Of a stretch of DNA of 64,000 nt, positions 52,689 through 64,000 are shown in pieces. Position numbers and translations under genes: made by a program. The notes below the pieces were generated by a model. That model searched no databases, was not told the origin of the DNA, and saw only the letters and a program-made list of their open reading frames with translations. The stretch's first letter is position 1. Each line of letters opens with the position of its first letter. The DNA is taken from assembly GCA_044892525.1 (NCBI GenBank), contig CM097886.1, forward strand, positions 101,060,001 through 101,124,000. The letters run 5' to 3'. The stretch is from Schmidtea polychroa. Lineage: Eukaryota.

Positions 52689-54660
52689 ATCTACACACAT
52701 CCTGATAGATCCATCTTTCTTCCCTACTATCACTAACGGGGCATTCCAAGGACTCTTGCAACACCGAATGACATTTGCTTTCATTAACTCTTTTATCAGT
52801 TCTTCAATCCTTTTCTCCATGTGCATTGGTTGACGTCGAGGTTGTTGCATTATTGGGCCTCCTGTTATCCGCATCTCATGTTGAACTAAGTTTGTAACTC
52901 CCAGATCGAATTTCGATGCCATAAAAATTCCGCCGTATTCCCTGATCATTCCTTCAATATCTTTACTATTCTCACCTGCCATCGCCACTAGTGCTTTATT
53001 TATTATTTCTTCATCAGTGTAAATTTTGTTTATCAATGAAGTTTCTATATTATTGATTTTCACTAACTTTACTCCAAACTCTTTCATTGTATCAATGCCC
53101 CCTATGAATTCGGGTTTGATCTCTTTTACCACTACTACTGAGATTATTTTGGTCTTCTGATTCCATGTGGCCGGTATAGTCATGTATCCCATTGCTTCTT
53201 CACCTACAGTTGAAAAAACTCCGCATAATAAAATCATACTACGTTGAAGTTCTGGTTTGCCTATTTTCTCCCATAAATTCTTGCTCATGACTGTTACTGA
53301 TGCTCCAGAGTCCCATAACATATCTGTTTCGGCATTATTCAACATTATTTTTTTCCAATTTCTTCTATCTTCCGTCTGGTACATCTCTTCTTCTGCCTCG
53401 TCTCTTCGTCGTTCATTTCTTCTTTCACAATTTATTGTCTTGACTCCACCGACGAAATGAAACCCATGGAGTCGCTGATGTTTTTTCCGTCTTCTCTCAA
53501 TATAGTATATTTTTCAGGGACATTCTATCTATCTTCCATGTCGCTGTGAGCAGTTCTGAAATCCTGGCTGTTCTCGGTGTAATCTCTTCTTTCAGATTTT
53601 GAATCTTCTTCTTCTATGCACGCTATTCTTTGATATCGGTGTGGAACCTCTTTCAGTAACGAAAAACAATCTCGGAACCCGTGACCTTCCTTGCCACATA
53701 TCAGGCATTTATTTCCCAGTGGACACTCATACCTTCTGTCTCCCTTTTCGCCACAGCAAAAACAATCACCTACCGTTAATTTTGGGACCGATGCTTGTGG
53801 TATATTCTTCATGGATATTGTTGGCAGCTTCCTTTCTGAGCTATTCGGAATTCTCGCATTTCTCAAGAATTGTTCTATTGAAGATTATTCACGACGACCA
53901 TGATTATTTCCTTCGTATTGTATTGGTCCGCATATAGGATGTTCGTCTCTTCTTGATCTGTGGTGACTAAACGACTCTTCTGATAGTCTTTTTTGTGGTG
54001 ATGTAGGCAGGGGATCATGGGTATTCTTTTGAATTCTTATCTTCCCTCCCTCAGTCACGCTAGCGTATGTTCTTTGACCGATTGCTTTAATAAATTCCAT
54101 TTTATTGTTTCCATTTTTGTTACTTTCAAAAATTTTCGCCAATGATCTCGTTTCTTCAATTTTTGTTTCTGGTTTCGTCAGTAGTATCTCCCGCAGTCTC
54201 GCATCGCGTGCTTTATTTGCAATGAGGTCTTCTTCTGATCGTCCTGAATTTACAACTTCAGCTAAAGCTTTCCTTAGCCGTATCTCAAAAGCTGCAAACC
54301 TTTCATTATCTTCCTGTTCCATAGCTGCCAATTCTCTGATTTTATCAGTTATTGATTTTGTGCTTGTGAACGTATGTAAGAACCACGCTTTGGTTTTCGC
54401 ATTTGTTGTTTCTGTTTCTCTGACGTTTCCCCACAATGTCCTTGCTTCTGCCACTAATAACACATCGAAAGTGCTTGTCAATCGCTGTCCATTTGTCAGC
54501 AGCCATTCTTCTATATCCCTGATCCATTCTTCGGCTTCTTTTAAACCTCGTCCATCATATCGCCTGATGTTCAGTGTGAGCATGTCTTGGCATGATTTCG
54601 GTAGGCATTCCATTAGCGATTTTGTCGATTTCGAAATGGCATTGCTATTTTGATTTTCGG

Positions 54661-54671
54661 CGTGGTCGCCA
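54661..54671 (-). other. Primer-binding site of the gypsy element (tRNA-Arg type)
   Basis: TGGCGACCACG is complementary to a tRNA 3' end CGUGGUCGCCA, as in tRNA-Arg(UCG) as I recall it. It overlaps the last LTR base. Confidence 0.7.
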
Positions 54672-54823
54672 GTTAAATTCATCTTTAAATCCATCTTTAA
54701 ATTTCTCAGCAAAAGTCTTGAAACCAACAATATATATATTTGATCAAACAAAATAATAAGTTCTTAATTTTTTCACAAAAACCGCCACTCCAATTATTAA
54801 AACAACAAGATATCTAACTATTA

Positions 54824-55458
54824 AAATCATTATAAATATATTTTTCATTTTTCTTAATTTTTAAATTTTCTATTTCTTTATCATATTTATAAAAAACTTT
54901 TCATTTTTATTGATTCCTAAATTTTCTATTATCATTGGTATTTAAAAAATCATTATTAAAATTATTTTCATATTTCTTAATTTTTAAATTTTCAATATCT
55001 TTACTATTTCTATCATTTTCTAAATTGGAAAATTTTTCATTTTTATTAAATCCGAAATTTTTAACACCATGTTTAATATTATTATCATAATATTGATTAT
55101 TAAATACCGTAATTTTAGTTCTTTCGGAAAACTTTGAACGGATAATTTTTGCTTTTTCGTGCTTTTCTCTATCATAGTTCGAAGCATTTTGATCGGATAT
55201 TAATTTATCTAAGTATTTGTAGGTTCCTGAATCATTGGCATCAATAATAGCGGAAATATTTTTCCTGTGTGCTCTCAATTCTTCCTCAGTTGTTTCAGAG
55301 TTGCCTGAAATAAAGGTTAATAGGTAGTTCAATGAAATAAATAGTTCTGGCCAGTGCTCATGAATGCTATATAGAAGCAATTCTACTAAGCTCTGGTAAA
55401 CGGCGGGATAATCTAGTATCTGTTTCAAAAAGGTTTTCATGGTTTTCCCAATTATCAT
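54824..55458 (-). other. Unidentified Asn/Lys-rich ORF interrupted by the gypsy insertion, continuing at 50328-50033
   Basis: ORF 55458-54907 (MIIGKTMKTFLKQILDYPAVYQSLVELLL...) and the ORF across 50328-50033 have similar composition and are separated by the gypsy element and its TSD. No family recognised. Confidence 0.4.
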
Positions 55459-58072
55459 ACTATTATAACGCGCTTTTTTGTTTGTAATATATACAGCGGC
55501 TTAAAATCAATAAGCAGGTGAGCTCCATTGCCATAACTACCCCTCATTGCTTTTTCACCTTTGGGTTCATGACTTCGCTTTATCATTATACTTCCATTTA
55601 TTGGATTATTGTTTCTTGCTCGTTTAGTTATGGTCTTCATTATTTGCTGTTATTCAATGTTATTTTCAAATTTTTAAGTAGGAATCCACCCTTATTTCTC
55701 AATTTCGATAATTTTATTTTGTTGGGTTTTTGTGCAAGTCGGTATTACTGTCTGATTATTTTATGTTCTTTTCGAAATTAAGTAAATTAAGTAAACACAA
55801 AAATCTTTATTTGAGACTAATACAGTTGCACTTTGGTTACACTTTTTATGAATTCAACCACACTTGATACAACCTTTTTTTGATCTGCACTTTTCAATAC
55901 AACTGCAAATCTTACGTAGGGATAAATCTTCCAACGGGAGATGTCCCTTTCTTGTACGCTCGATTTAAACTACTGAATTGATACTAACTTCAAAGTTTTC
56001 TTTGTCACTCTCACTAAATTTCTCGTTTCTTTTTCTTCGACCAACTGGCAATTCTGTTTACTTGCCGGTCGCTTTTATACCCATTTTGTAATTGATTTTA
56101 CTTTGTCAAATTAGTCTGGATCCAACTTCTCCTTAGGCTTCCTCTTGTAGCTCTCATTGCTTTGAGGAATTTACTCGTCTCCTTTGACGGCTTGCCCCAA
56201 TTTGATTTTAGCCGACTGATTTAATTGCCTTTCCTAATTTGATTGATAATTCAGGTTCTCTCAAATCGCTCGGGTTTTCCATCGTCTCGGGTTTCCCACT
56301 ACCTCGGGTTCTCCATTAGTTAAGTAATTTTAGTTTTTTGTAATTTATTCCTTCTAGGACCCCCCCCCCCCATTGAGATTATTTTATTATAGTTGAGCTC
56401 GTCTCATTATTCAGTATCCGCCCATACCAGTTTCCCCCGGAAAATATTCATTTTTAATTTTTTGATTTTTTTAATTATAATTTTGTACTTAAAATTTTTA
56501 TTGTGGATTTGGTGTTTTTATTGATTTTTACCTCATTTTGTACCTCTCTTGTTGAACCCCAACAATTTCTAGATCTTCTATAATGATTGTTATTGGTAAA
56601 TAATAGTCTTCGTTGTGAGGATGTAAGCGATGGTGGGTTACAAGTGTGCATTCTATTCTATCGTTACTCGTAATTTATCCTCTTTCTTTTCTTTACAGTC
56701 TGCATTCACTGATTACATATTTCTTAACTCTTTATCCTCTTTTGTAATGATAGAATTCCAATAAAGTTAAATCATGATAATTGTAAATAAATAACTTGAA
56801 TAATATAAAGTATGACGCATGACCGCTGACTCATGCCACGTCAAATGACTAAACACTAACATGATTCATATTTTACATAAGCATATGAGAACGCTATGCA
56901 CTGGATGGCTCGCATCTAATTACTCTTGACAGCTATTCAACGATAACGGATAAATCACAAGATATCTTATATCTTGACAGTTGTCTGAGATAACAGATGA
57001 CTTTGACAAAGATCGAAGAGTTGAAATTGAGGAAAAACTACAAAAACATTGAATTACGTAGAAGTGAAATAGAAAACTATAAAAATCAGACACTAATTGA
57101 TTCGTTGAAAAAAGTGGCATAAAACACCGAAGCAAAGAAAAAACGCCAAAATAAACTTTAAATTATTATCATAACGTTTTTTTCAAAAACTCAAGGGTGT
57201 ACTTTGTTTTGAATAAAAGTGAAATCGGAAACAGAAATTAAGGTAACAAACCAATTGATACAAATATATTGAAAAAATTCAATCAAAGAGGCAGTCGAAT
57301 GGTTATTGAGTTTGCTATTGCTAACTAGGTTGTAGTGAGCCATTACACGGCCTTAACAATATCTATATACATATTATACTATATTATATTATATTATATT
57401 ATATTATATATATAAATGCGCGGTCACCAATGAATAAGGACCAAGCAGAACACAATTATAGTCAATCAAAATTCGTGCGATCAGCTAATACTTCTACTTA
57501 TCAATCAGGCTCTATTAATCCATCTCAGACGAGTAAAGCAAATTCGATGCCATGTTATCATTATCAAGATAAACTGTATTCGGCTCCCAATAGTTTTAGT
57601 GTTGGCTCTCATAGACCAACACCCTCATCCATTACAATTCGCGAAATACGTAACAAATCCTAACAATAATATGAACCCGAATAGATCTTTTTATCAAACC
57701 ACCAAATTTACAAATTCTGATCAATGTGATTATGCAAAAAAGGATCAGAACGGTAAAGGATATACATTTCCTCAAATATTGTATGCGAATGACAATGGTC
57801 AAATTGGTTCATGGACAAATCGGCAGGCTGTAAAATCTTTAGAAATAATTAGTTAATATTTAGTTAAATATTTATTTAACATTTTGTAAATGAGAAATGG
57901 CTGTTGAATATGTTTATCTGGTCTGATTATATTTACATTTTTATGTAGTTTAGATTATATATTTTTGTTTTACTTATACATAAGTAAATTTTGTAATTTA
58001 AATAAAAACTGACATTAACTCTTTATGATTTATTTTATAAGTTTTTAATTTTATCAGCCAATTTGTAGAAAA

Positions 58073-58400
58073 ATGCGACCATTATATACATATAAGGAAT
58101 TAATTAATTGGAAGCCAGTTAATACTAGCAACAAATGTATATTGGATTACCAGAAACCAATATTCCAAGAAATGAATGGAATGAAAGTTGTCGAAAATCA
58201 TAATTCGCGACGCAATAAAGTTCCCTTATGTCATGATATGAAAGGTGGTTATTTAGACGATGCTCTTACTGAAAATTCTATTGCCAAATTACCAGATTGG
58301 ATTACCCCAACCACCACATAGGTGTTGTAATAAGCACTGAAATTATAGTGGATGATTGTGCCCACATCCCCAAAATGGCACACAAGCAGATTAAACACCC
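58073..58400 (+). pseudogene. ENGASE: Cytosolic endo-beta-N-acetylglucosaminidase (GH85) N-terminal fragment, apparently truncated
   Basis: PLYTYKELINWKP...KVPLCHDMKGGYLDD, compared with ENGase LSSLEELLAWKP...RTLLCHDMMGGYLDD. There is no GT donor after YLDD. A stop follows soon after, and a shifted frame gives HHIGVVIST (cf. AHRHGVCVLGT). Confidence 0.6.
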
Positions 58401-59115
58401 CATACAGTAGCTTGCTAACTGTATTTGGCCTTACATATTTATTATGCTGTAGTTATTTTTATTAATAAATTTTTGCCTATTGAGTAGTTGTAGTAGGAGG
58501 AATCAAATCGATTGTAATTATGATAGTCAATTAATATCGGTAACATTAAGAATCTGTTATTGTTAATATGCCAAGACGCGCCTGAAATCAGGTCGATAAT
58601 TGATAATATTTAATTTCACCGACAACCTCAACAAATAAAATATTAATATAATTTCTTGAATATATTATTATCCAGAAATTATATTATTATTATTATTATT
58701 ATTACCATATTAAATCCATAAGATATACAACGATAAAATTTATAAAATTTGAAAAAAGAAAAATTTTCCAAGCTAGTCATAATTTATAAAGAAATCGAGG
58801 GTGAAGTCTAAAAATTCAAGAGCTCGAAAGAAATTGTTTTCTCACAGGGATAATAGCGTTGAATCGAGTTCTGTTTGCAATTTTGCTGGAAGTTTCGCAG
58901 ATTCAATGCCATAATGCCGGCCCCTATGATCTTTTATTTATCACGAAATTGAGCCATTTTTCATTTGGATTCTCATTAATGTGATCAAGATCAAGATTAG
59001 TAATAATGGTTGATCAGAATGGTTAGAAATATCCGCATGAGAACACTTTCTAGATTTGATGAAATTTGAAGAATTCATTTAAAATATTTTTTGTAAATGT
59101 TTAATAGTAAAATGA

Positions 59116-59190
59116 AGGACTAGGAGGACCAGGAGAACCGCGAGGATCGCGAGAACTAGGAGGATTAATAGGACCAGGAGGACCAGGAGG
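59116..59190 (-). pseudogene. Decayed collagen-like Gly-X-Y repeat fragment
   Basis: The minus strand has 9-nt periodic GGT CCT CCT / GGT CCT ATT / AAT CCT CCT / AGT TCT CGC / GAT CCT CGC / GGT TCT CCT / GGT CCT CCT / AGT CCT, with Gly codons decayed by G>A. Confidence 0.35.
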
Positions 59191-61413
59191 CCTAACAATA
59201 AGTAATCAAATTGAACATAACTCAGCCTTTATATTTACAGCTCGAAATAATATTTGATATAAAATGATTTTTGGGAATTTAACATCAGTTTGTAGGAAAT
59301 GCGCTCATTTTTGTGCAGAATTATTCAAAACGTCCTATTGTCATCGTTGATCATCAAGTAATCCAAATCTTTGGCTATAATGAGGAAAATTTGAGTACCG
59401 GGGTAGCCACTGCATTATCTAAATGCCTTGGGATATAATAGGAAATAAATGATTCATAAATAGATGGGTACCTGGGTCAGTCTCATGATATCTTAGATAG
59501 TTTATTAATCATTTAATTCTAGATGATAAAAGGATAGATAAAATAAAGAATATGCGGTGAGAGATAACCATCAAATTGTATAACCAGTACCTAATTGGAA
59601 ACCTTTCTGTATGGTACGCACGAGTCACAGAAACATTATTATAAGGCTGGGAAAATGTGATATATATCAAAACATAAAATTATAATCTCAACAATTCCAT
59701 TTGTCTATGTTTGAGTGACATGATATTGAAGGGGAGGAAATTTCCATTTTCTTATCCTTGGGAATGTATCAATGATACCGTCATAGAAATGGAAAGTTAA
59801 TAGGGGGAAAATTAACTATTAACTATATCAACATGGTAGTTGACAAATTTCCTCAATCCGATCTAATTATAAAGAGGAAACAATTCAAATAAACTCCCGA
59901 ATGCGCAAGTGATGAAGGAGTTGTTGCGAATGAAGAGATGAATCTACTCCTAATTGATGAGTAAACTATCCTCATTGGTGTTTGATACATCGGAGGTGGT
60001 GATGGCGGTGATGGCGGCGACAGCAGCAGCAGCTGAAACAGCTCTATCACATATTCATTACTATTGAGCTCTAGGAGAGCCTAATATGATTTCTGACTTC
60101 TGTAACATTTTTTGCTTACAACTAGCTTATTAATGTTTTTATCCTATTCTTACAGGCGCTGGGAAAATATTATGTTGAAAATGAAGCAGGGAAAGTTTTT
60201 TATTAGTAAATCAATTAATAAAAATAAAAAAATACACATAATTAATAATTGGAGAAAAATGAAAAATCGATAAAAAAGAAAACGATCAATTAAATTAGTT
60301 TGCAAAATCAAGAATAATAAAGGATTAATTTAATGTTTGGATATAAAGCATAAATTTGTTTGTCTGAAGCAACAAAAGGTCATGTGTGGAGAACTCTGGC
60401 ATCAGGAAACGTGCATAGGTTTTCTCTTTGGAATTTCTAGGAGACCACACGATGCCATTTTGTTTGTCGTTACTAGCACCAAGTCTTACAGGATTTAAAT
60501 AAANNNNNNNNNNNNNNNNNNNNNNNNNNNNNNNNNNNNNNNNNNNNNNNNNNNNNNNNNNNNNNNNNNNNNNNNNNNNNNNNNNNNNNNNNNNNNNNNN
60601 NNNNNNNNNNNNNNNNNNNNNNNNNNNNNNNNNNNNNNNNNNNNNNNNNNCTTAAAATCTTTAATTTAAATTGAAGAAAAAATTTTAATAATTAAATTAA
60701 AATTTCAAAAATATTTTTTGATGAAGAAAAATAAATAAAATTTGTTCTTAAAATCTATAATATCTATAGTTTTTCTATCCTACCTGGTGATGACTGGCAA
60801 ACTGACGAAATTTATGACCAAATGAATGCTCGAGTAGCACTTTCTTATAATCAAATCATTAACATATTTATTTGATTATTAAATCAATAATAATAAACAA
60901 TAATAATAAAAACAAGAATATACAAGAATCAGAAGACCATATGCAATATTGAAACAGGCAGTGAGCAAACAGAAAGCATAAACCATTTCAACCTTTCATT
61001 GCGATCTTTGAATTGTGAACTTTGTCACTGTGCTTCAAAGGTGTAGCAGAAAGTCAGTTAATATGTCTGACTGCTTCTATTATTGGTAGGAAACTCAGTA
61101 AATTGTTTATTTTCCCATATTTTTATAATAATTATTGTAAGCACAGTTTCCACCGATAATCACTTAAGGGCCCCGACGATCAATAGTGCACTTATCAACT
61201 GAGAAATCATAGATCTCTTTTCCTGGAAGCAAATTCTTATTTTGCCTCATGTGGNNNNNNNNNNNNNNNNNNNNNNNNNNNNNNNNNNNNNNNNNNNNNN
61301 NNNNNNNNNNNNNNNNNNNNNNNNNNNNNNNNNNNNNNNNNNNNNNNNNNNNNNNNNNNNNNNNNNNNNNNNNNNNNNNNNNNNNNNNNNNNNNNNNNNN
61401 NNNNNNNNNNNNN

Positions 61414-61482
61414 AGATTGATAAGGAATAGTCGAAAATTTTTTCATTAAATACATTATTTGCAGCAAAAGGCTCAAATTATC
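61414..61482 (+). mobile_element. Copy of the hammerhead-containing short element (U7 variant, stem II deletion), between N gaps
   Basis: AGA-TTGATAA-GGA[7-nt deletion]ATAGTC-GAAA-ATT-T-TTTC-ATTAAATACATTATTTGCAGCAAAAGGCTCAAATTATC. Confidence 0.8.
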
Positions 61483-62879
61483 NNNNNNNNNNNNNNNNNN
61501 NNNNNNNNNNNNNNNNNNNNNNNNNNNNNNNNNNNNNNNNNNNNNNNNNNNNNNNNNNNNNNNNNNNNNNNNNNNNNNNNNNNNNNNNNNNNNNNNNNNN
61601 NNNNNNNNNNNNNNNNNNNNNNNNNGTTTTGCATAAGTCAATATGCATAATAATTGAACTGGAGAATTCGTGGAGAATTGGTGGACCATTCGGACCATTT
61701 GTGTCAATCTGTAGGCAGTTCGTGGGCAACTTATTGCTCATTTCTTATTTATAGAATTGTGATTGAGATGTAATCTATCTGTTATCATATTTATTGTTTC
61801 ATTTCCCATATAAACAAAATCTGTCTGAGCCATCCAAATGAAAATGGCGACTGGATTGATCTGAAATTCTGTTGGGTTCGTACAAATAGGATATGAAGCA
61901 TGATGAAAATTTATGATAAAATTCATATTTAATTGGAATTCAGTAAATTCAATGCTTGGGTCAAAGAGCATTGTTTGTTTTCTTCTGAGTGAACCCAATG
62001 CACCTATCCCCCAATTTTGGTATCAAGGACAGGAGATAAGATCTCATAAAGGTGATGTTGAAATATCCTCTTTGCTCTAATATATATACTACCATTGCCT
62101 GAGAATTTATAGCAGTGGAAGTACACCAAACCCTCATATATACTACACCCCTTCTCCCTATAAACAATTAAAATGTACGTTATTTGGAATTAGAAATATA
62201 CCGCTTACTTAAATTTTTAGACCCATCATTTTAGACCCATCACCGCTCAAGAAATACTAGTAATACAGTCACACCTTGGTCAGCGTTGTTATGTGGTTCC
62301 ATTAAAATGCGACGTTAATCAGAACATTTTCAGCGACATTTCCAAACTAGTTCATTTGCGTCTCGACTTCCCCAGGAAAGAAATAACTGGGCTCATTCAT
62401 ATGATGGTTGTAGGAAAAGCATTAAACCAATAAAGAAACATGAAGATTATTCAATAAGTAATGAAGATCAATTGCAACTAGATCAGTTATTCCACAGCTA
62501 TAAAATATATTTCTTGAATAATCAACTGTTGGTCAAGTTAGAGAATCCAGTAAAGGTTCATAAAGTTCTATATTCTCATCTGATGGCTACTCTTTCCAAT
62601 ATGGAAATAGATGTGTTGAAAAATCAATAAATCAATACAAAATCAATATAAATAACTATAACCGAATTTATTAATGATCGTCAAGCTCGATTTTATGAAA
62701 CTTTCAAGGAAATTTATTTCAGAGAAAAGGGAGTTGGTCACCGCATGAAATAGAAAAATGCTTAAGATTATTAGTGACATCACATTGCAAGACACACAAT
62801 AAAGTTTAAATACAAAATTTACGTTACCATATCGTTAGTTGTTGTGTATGTTCTTTTTTAACACTCGTGTTAATCATGC

Positions 62880-63700
62880 CACGCACTTCAGGTGTCAGTG
62901 AATTGTCAGATTTTTAAGAGGTCAAATTATTGGACAATGTAATGCAGGAAAATCACAAAGAATGGTTGCGGCTGCTGTGCACTTGCCTCTGTCGACAGTA
63001 AGCAATATTGTGTGTCAATTTAGTGATTCAGTAAAATCCAGTGTCAACCCTCTCAGTGGACAACCAAAACCCTCTGAGCGTATTCCTCGGTATGTGAGAC
63101 GAAGTGTTGAGTCTGATCATCGTACATAAGCTGCCCAAATAGCGAAAGAATCTGATATATCTGTGTATACTGCATGGCGTTATTTGAAGAGGTTGGGACA
63201 GAACTGCAAGACGAAAGTCACTATTAACACTCACGAGTATTGCCAATTTTCTTGGGAAAAGAAAATGAGAAAAAGCCTTATTATTTCTGGGAATAGGTTA
63301 TCTTTAGTAACAAGAGTTCCTTTCAACAGTTTTCACCAATGTTTGGATTTGGCGTCAATCGAATCAAGAATAAGATAACACTTGTCTCCAATCCACTGTG
63401 AAACGCAGCATCTCTGTCATGGTATGGGGAGTTATTTGGTTCAAAGGAAACTCAAAGCTACAGCATTGTCAAGGGTCTGCCACTCTCACAGTTAACCGTC
63501 AAATGCTTTATAAGACCCTCCTTCCCATCTATGAAAACGGTAACATATCAAGAGAAAATTCCTATTTTATGCAAGGTGCACCGTGCCACACTGAACGAGA
63601 ACCGAAGACCTGGTTAGCGAAACATGGAATTTCCTGCCTCAAATGTAGCGCACAATTGCATTTTATATTATAAATAAATAGTCTAGGAATAATTTTCTGA
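62880..63700 (+). mobile_element. Tc1-like transposase remnant
   Basis: SVMVWGVIWFKG...LLPIYENG...YFMQ(D)GAPCHTE...WLAKHGI...C, the Tc1 DDE-domain signature, degenerate. Confidence 0.75.
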
Positions 63701-64000
63701 TTCCTAAAATATAAGTTTTATTATTTCTCATGGCTATGGAGATGTTTTTGTTCTGGATGGCTTAGATCTCTCCATTATCTGCAAAATAAGCAATTTTTGT
63801 TTTCCCATTGGATTTTCTTTTTCCATTTTATTGTATTTTATACAAGGACTTGAAATAGCAATATTTCTTTAACTATAACATTTTAATTATATTAGATTTC
63901 ACTTGATAAAGGTATTGCCCACAAGCATATCCAGTATCATAATGAAAATAAATGAAATGCTAAAGAATACATAAATAAAGCAAAAGCGAACAAAAAAATA

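Larger units (their letters stand above)
50329..54819 (-). mobile_element. Ty3/gypsy LTR retrotransposon (gag-PR-RT-deleted RNaseH-IN), defective
   Basis: LTRs at 54671-54819 (149 bp) and 50329-50531 (203 bp, expanded (AT)n), both AGTTA...TAACT, with 5-bp TSD ATTAA. Gag has two CCHC knuckles. PR motif LWDSGAS; RT motifs WNAP, MCVDYRGLN, PFGL, YLDDI, FLGH; IN motifs VDSFSK, TDRGRNF, HQSNGLAE. Confidence 0.95.

Noticed and set aside
59853-60050. Pro/Ala-rich ORF (GC-rich triplet runs)
   Set aside because: Low-complexity triplet repeats, with stops in the flanking frames and no identifiable homolog.
60780-60830. GTGATGA...CTGACGAAA hammerhead-like motif
   Set aside because: G3:G8 mismatch, poor stem II and no stem I.

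Overview
Eukaryotic (animal) genomic DNA, very AT-rich, with many N gaps. A free-living flatworm such as a triclad planarian is a plausible source, but that is only inferred from the short introns, the (AAT)n abundance and the transposon mix. Bases 1920-38385 hold a complete HYDIN gene on the + strand: about 57 exons, about 5,000 aa, all visible introns GT-AG and about 35 of them only 41-55 nt, with a probable RFX X-box upstream. CUTC and NAA10 follow on the - strand. Next is a nested transposon stack: an Ulp1-protease/RLE (NeSL/R2-like) non-LTR element, a Ty3/gypsy element with short AGT...ACT LTRs, and two Buster-type hAT insertions. The window ends with an ENGase-like gene fragment and Tc1 debris. 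HYDIN introns carry Penelope-like elements, Merlin, Tc1/mariner and Helitron-like remnants, minisatellites and an HSP90 pseudogene fragment. The most notable signal is a dispersed family of short elements tied to a Penelope 3' end. They fold as minimal type I hammerhead ribozymes with a compensated non-canonical core, UUGANAA (U3:A8) instead of CUGANGA. One locus has two such ribozymes head-to-head on opposite strands sharing the same 7-bp quasi-palindromic core. All calls were made by eye; no searches or folding computations were run.
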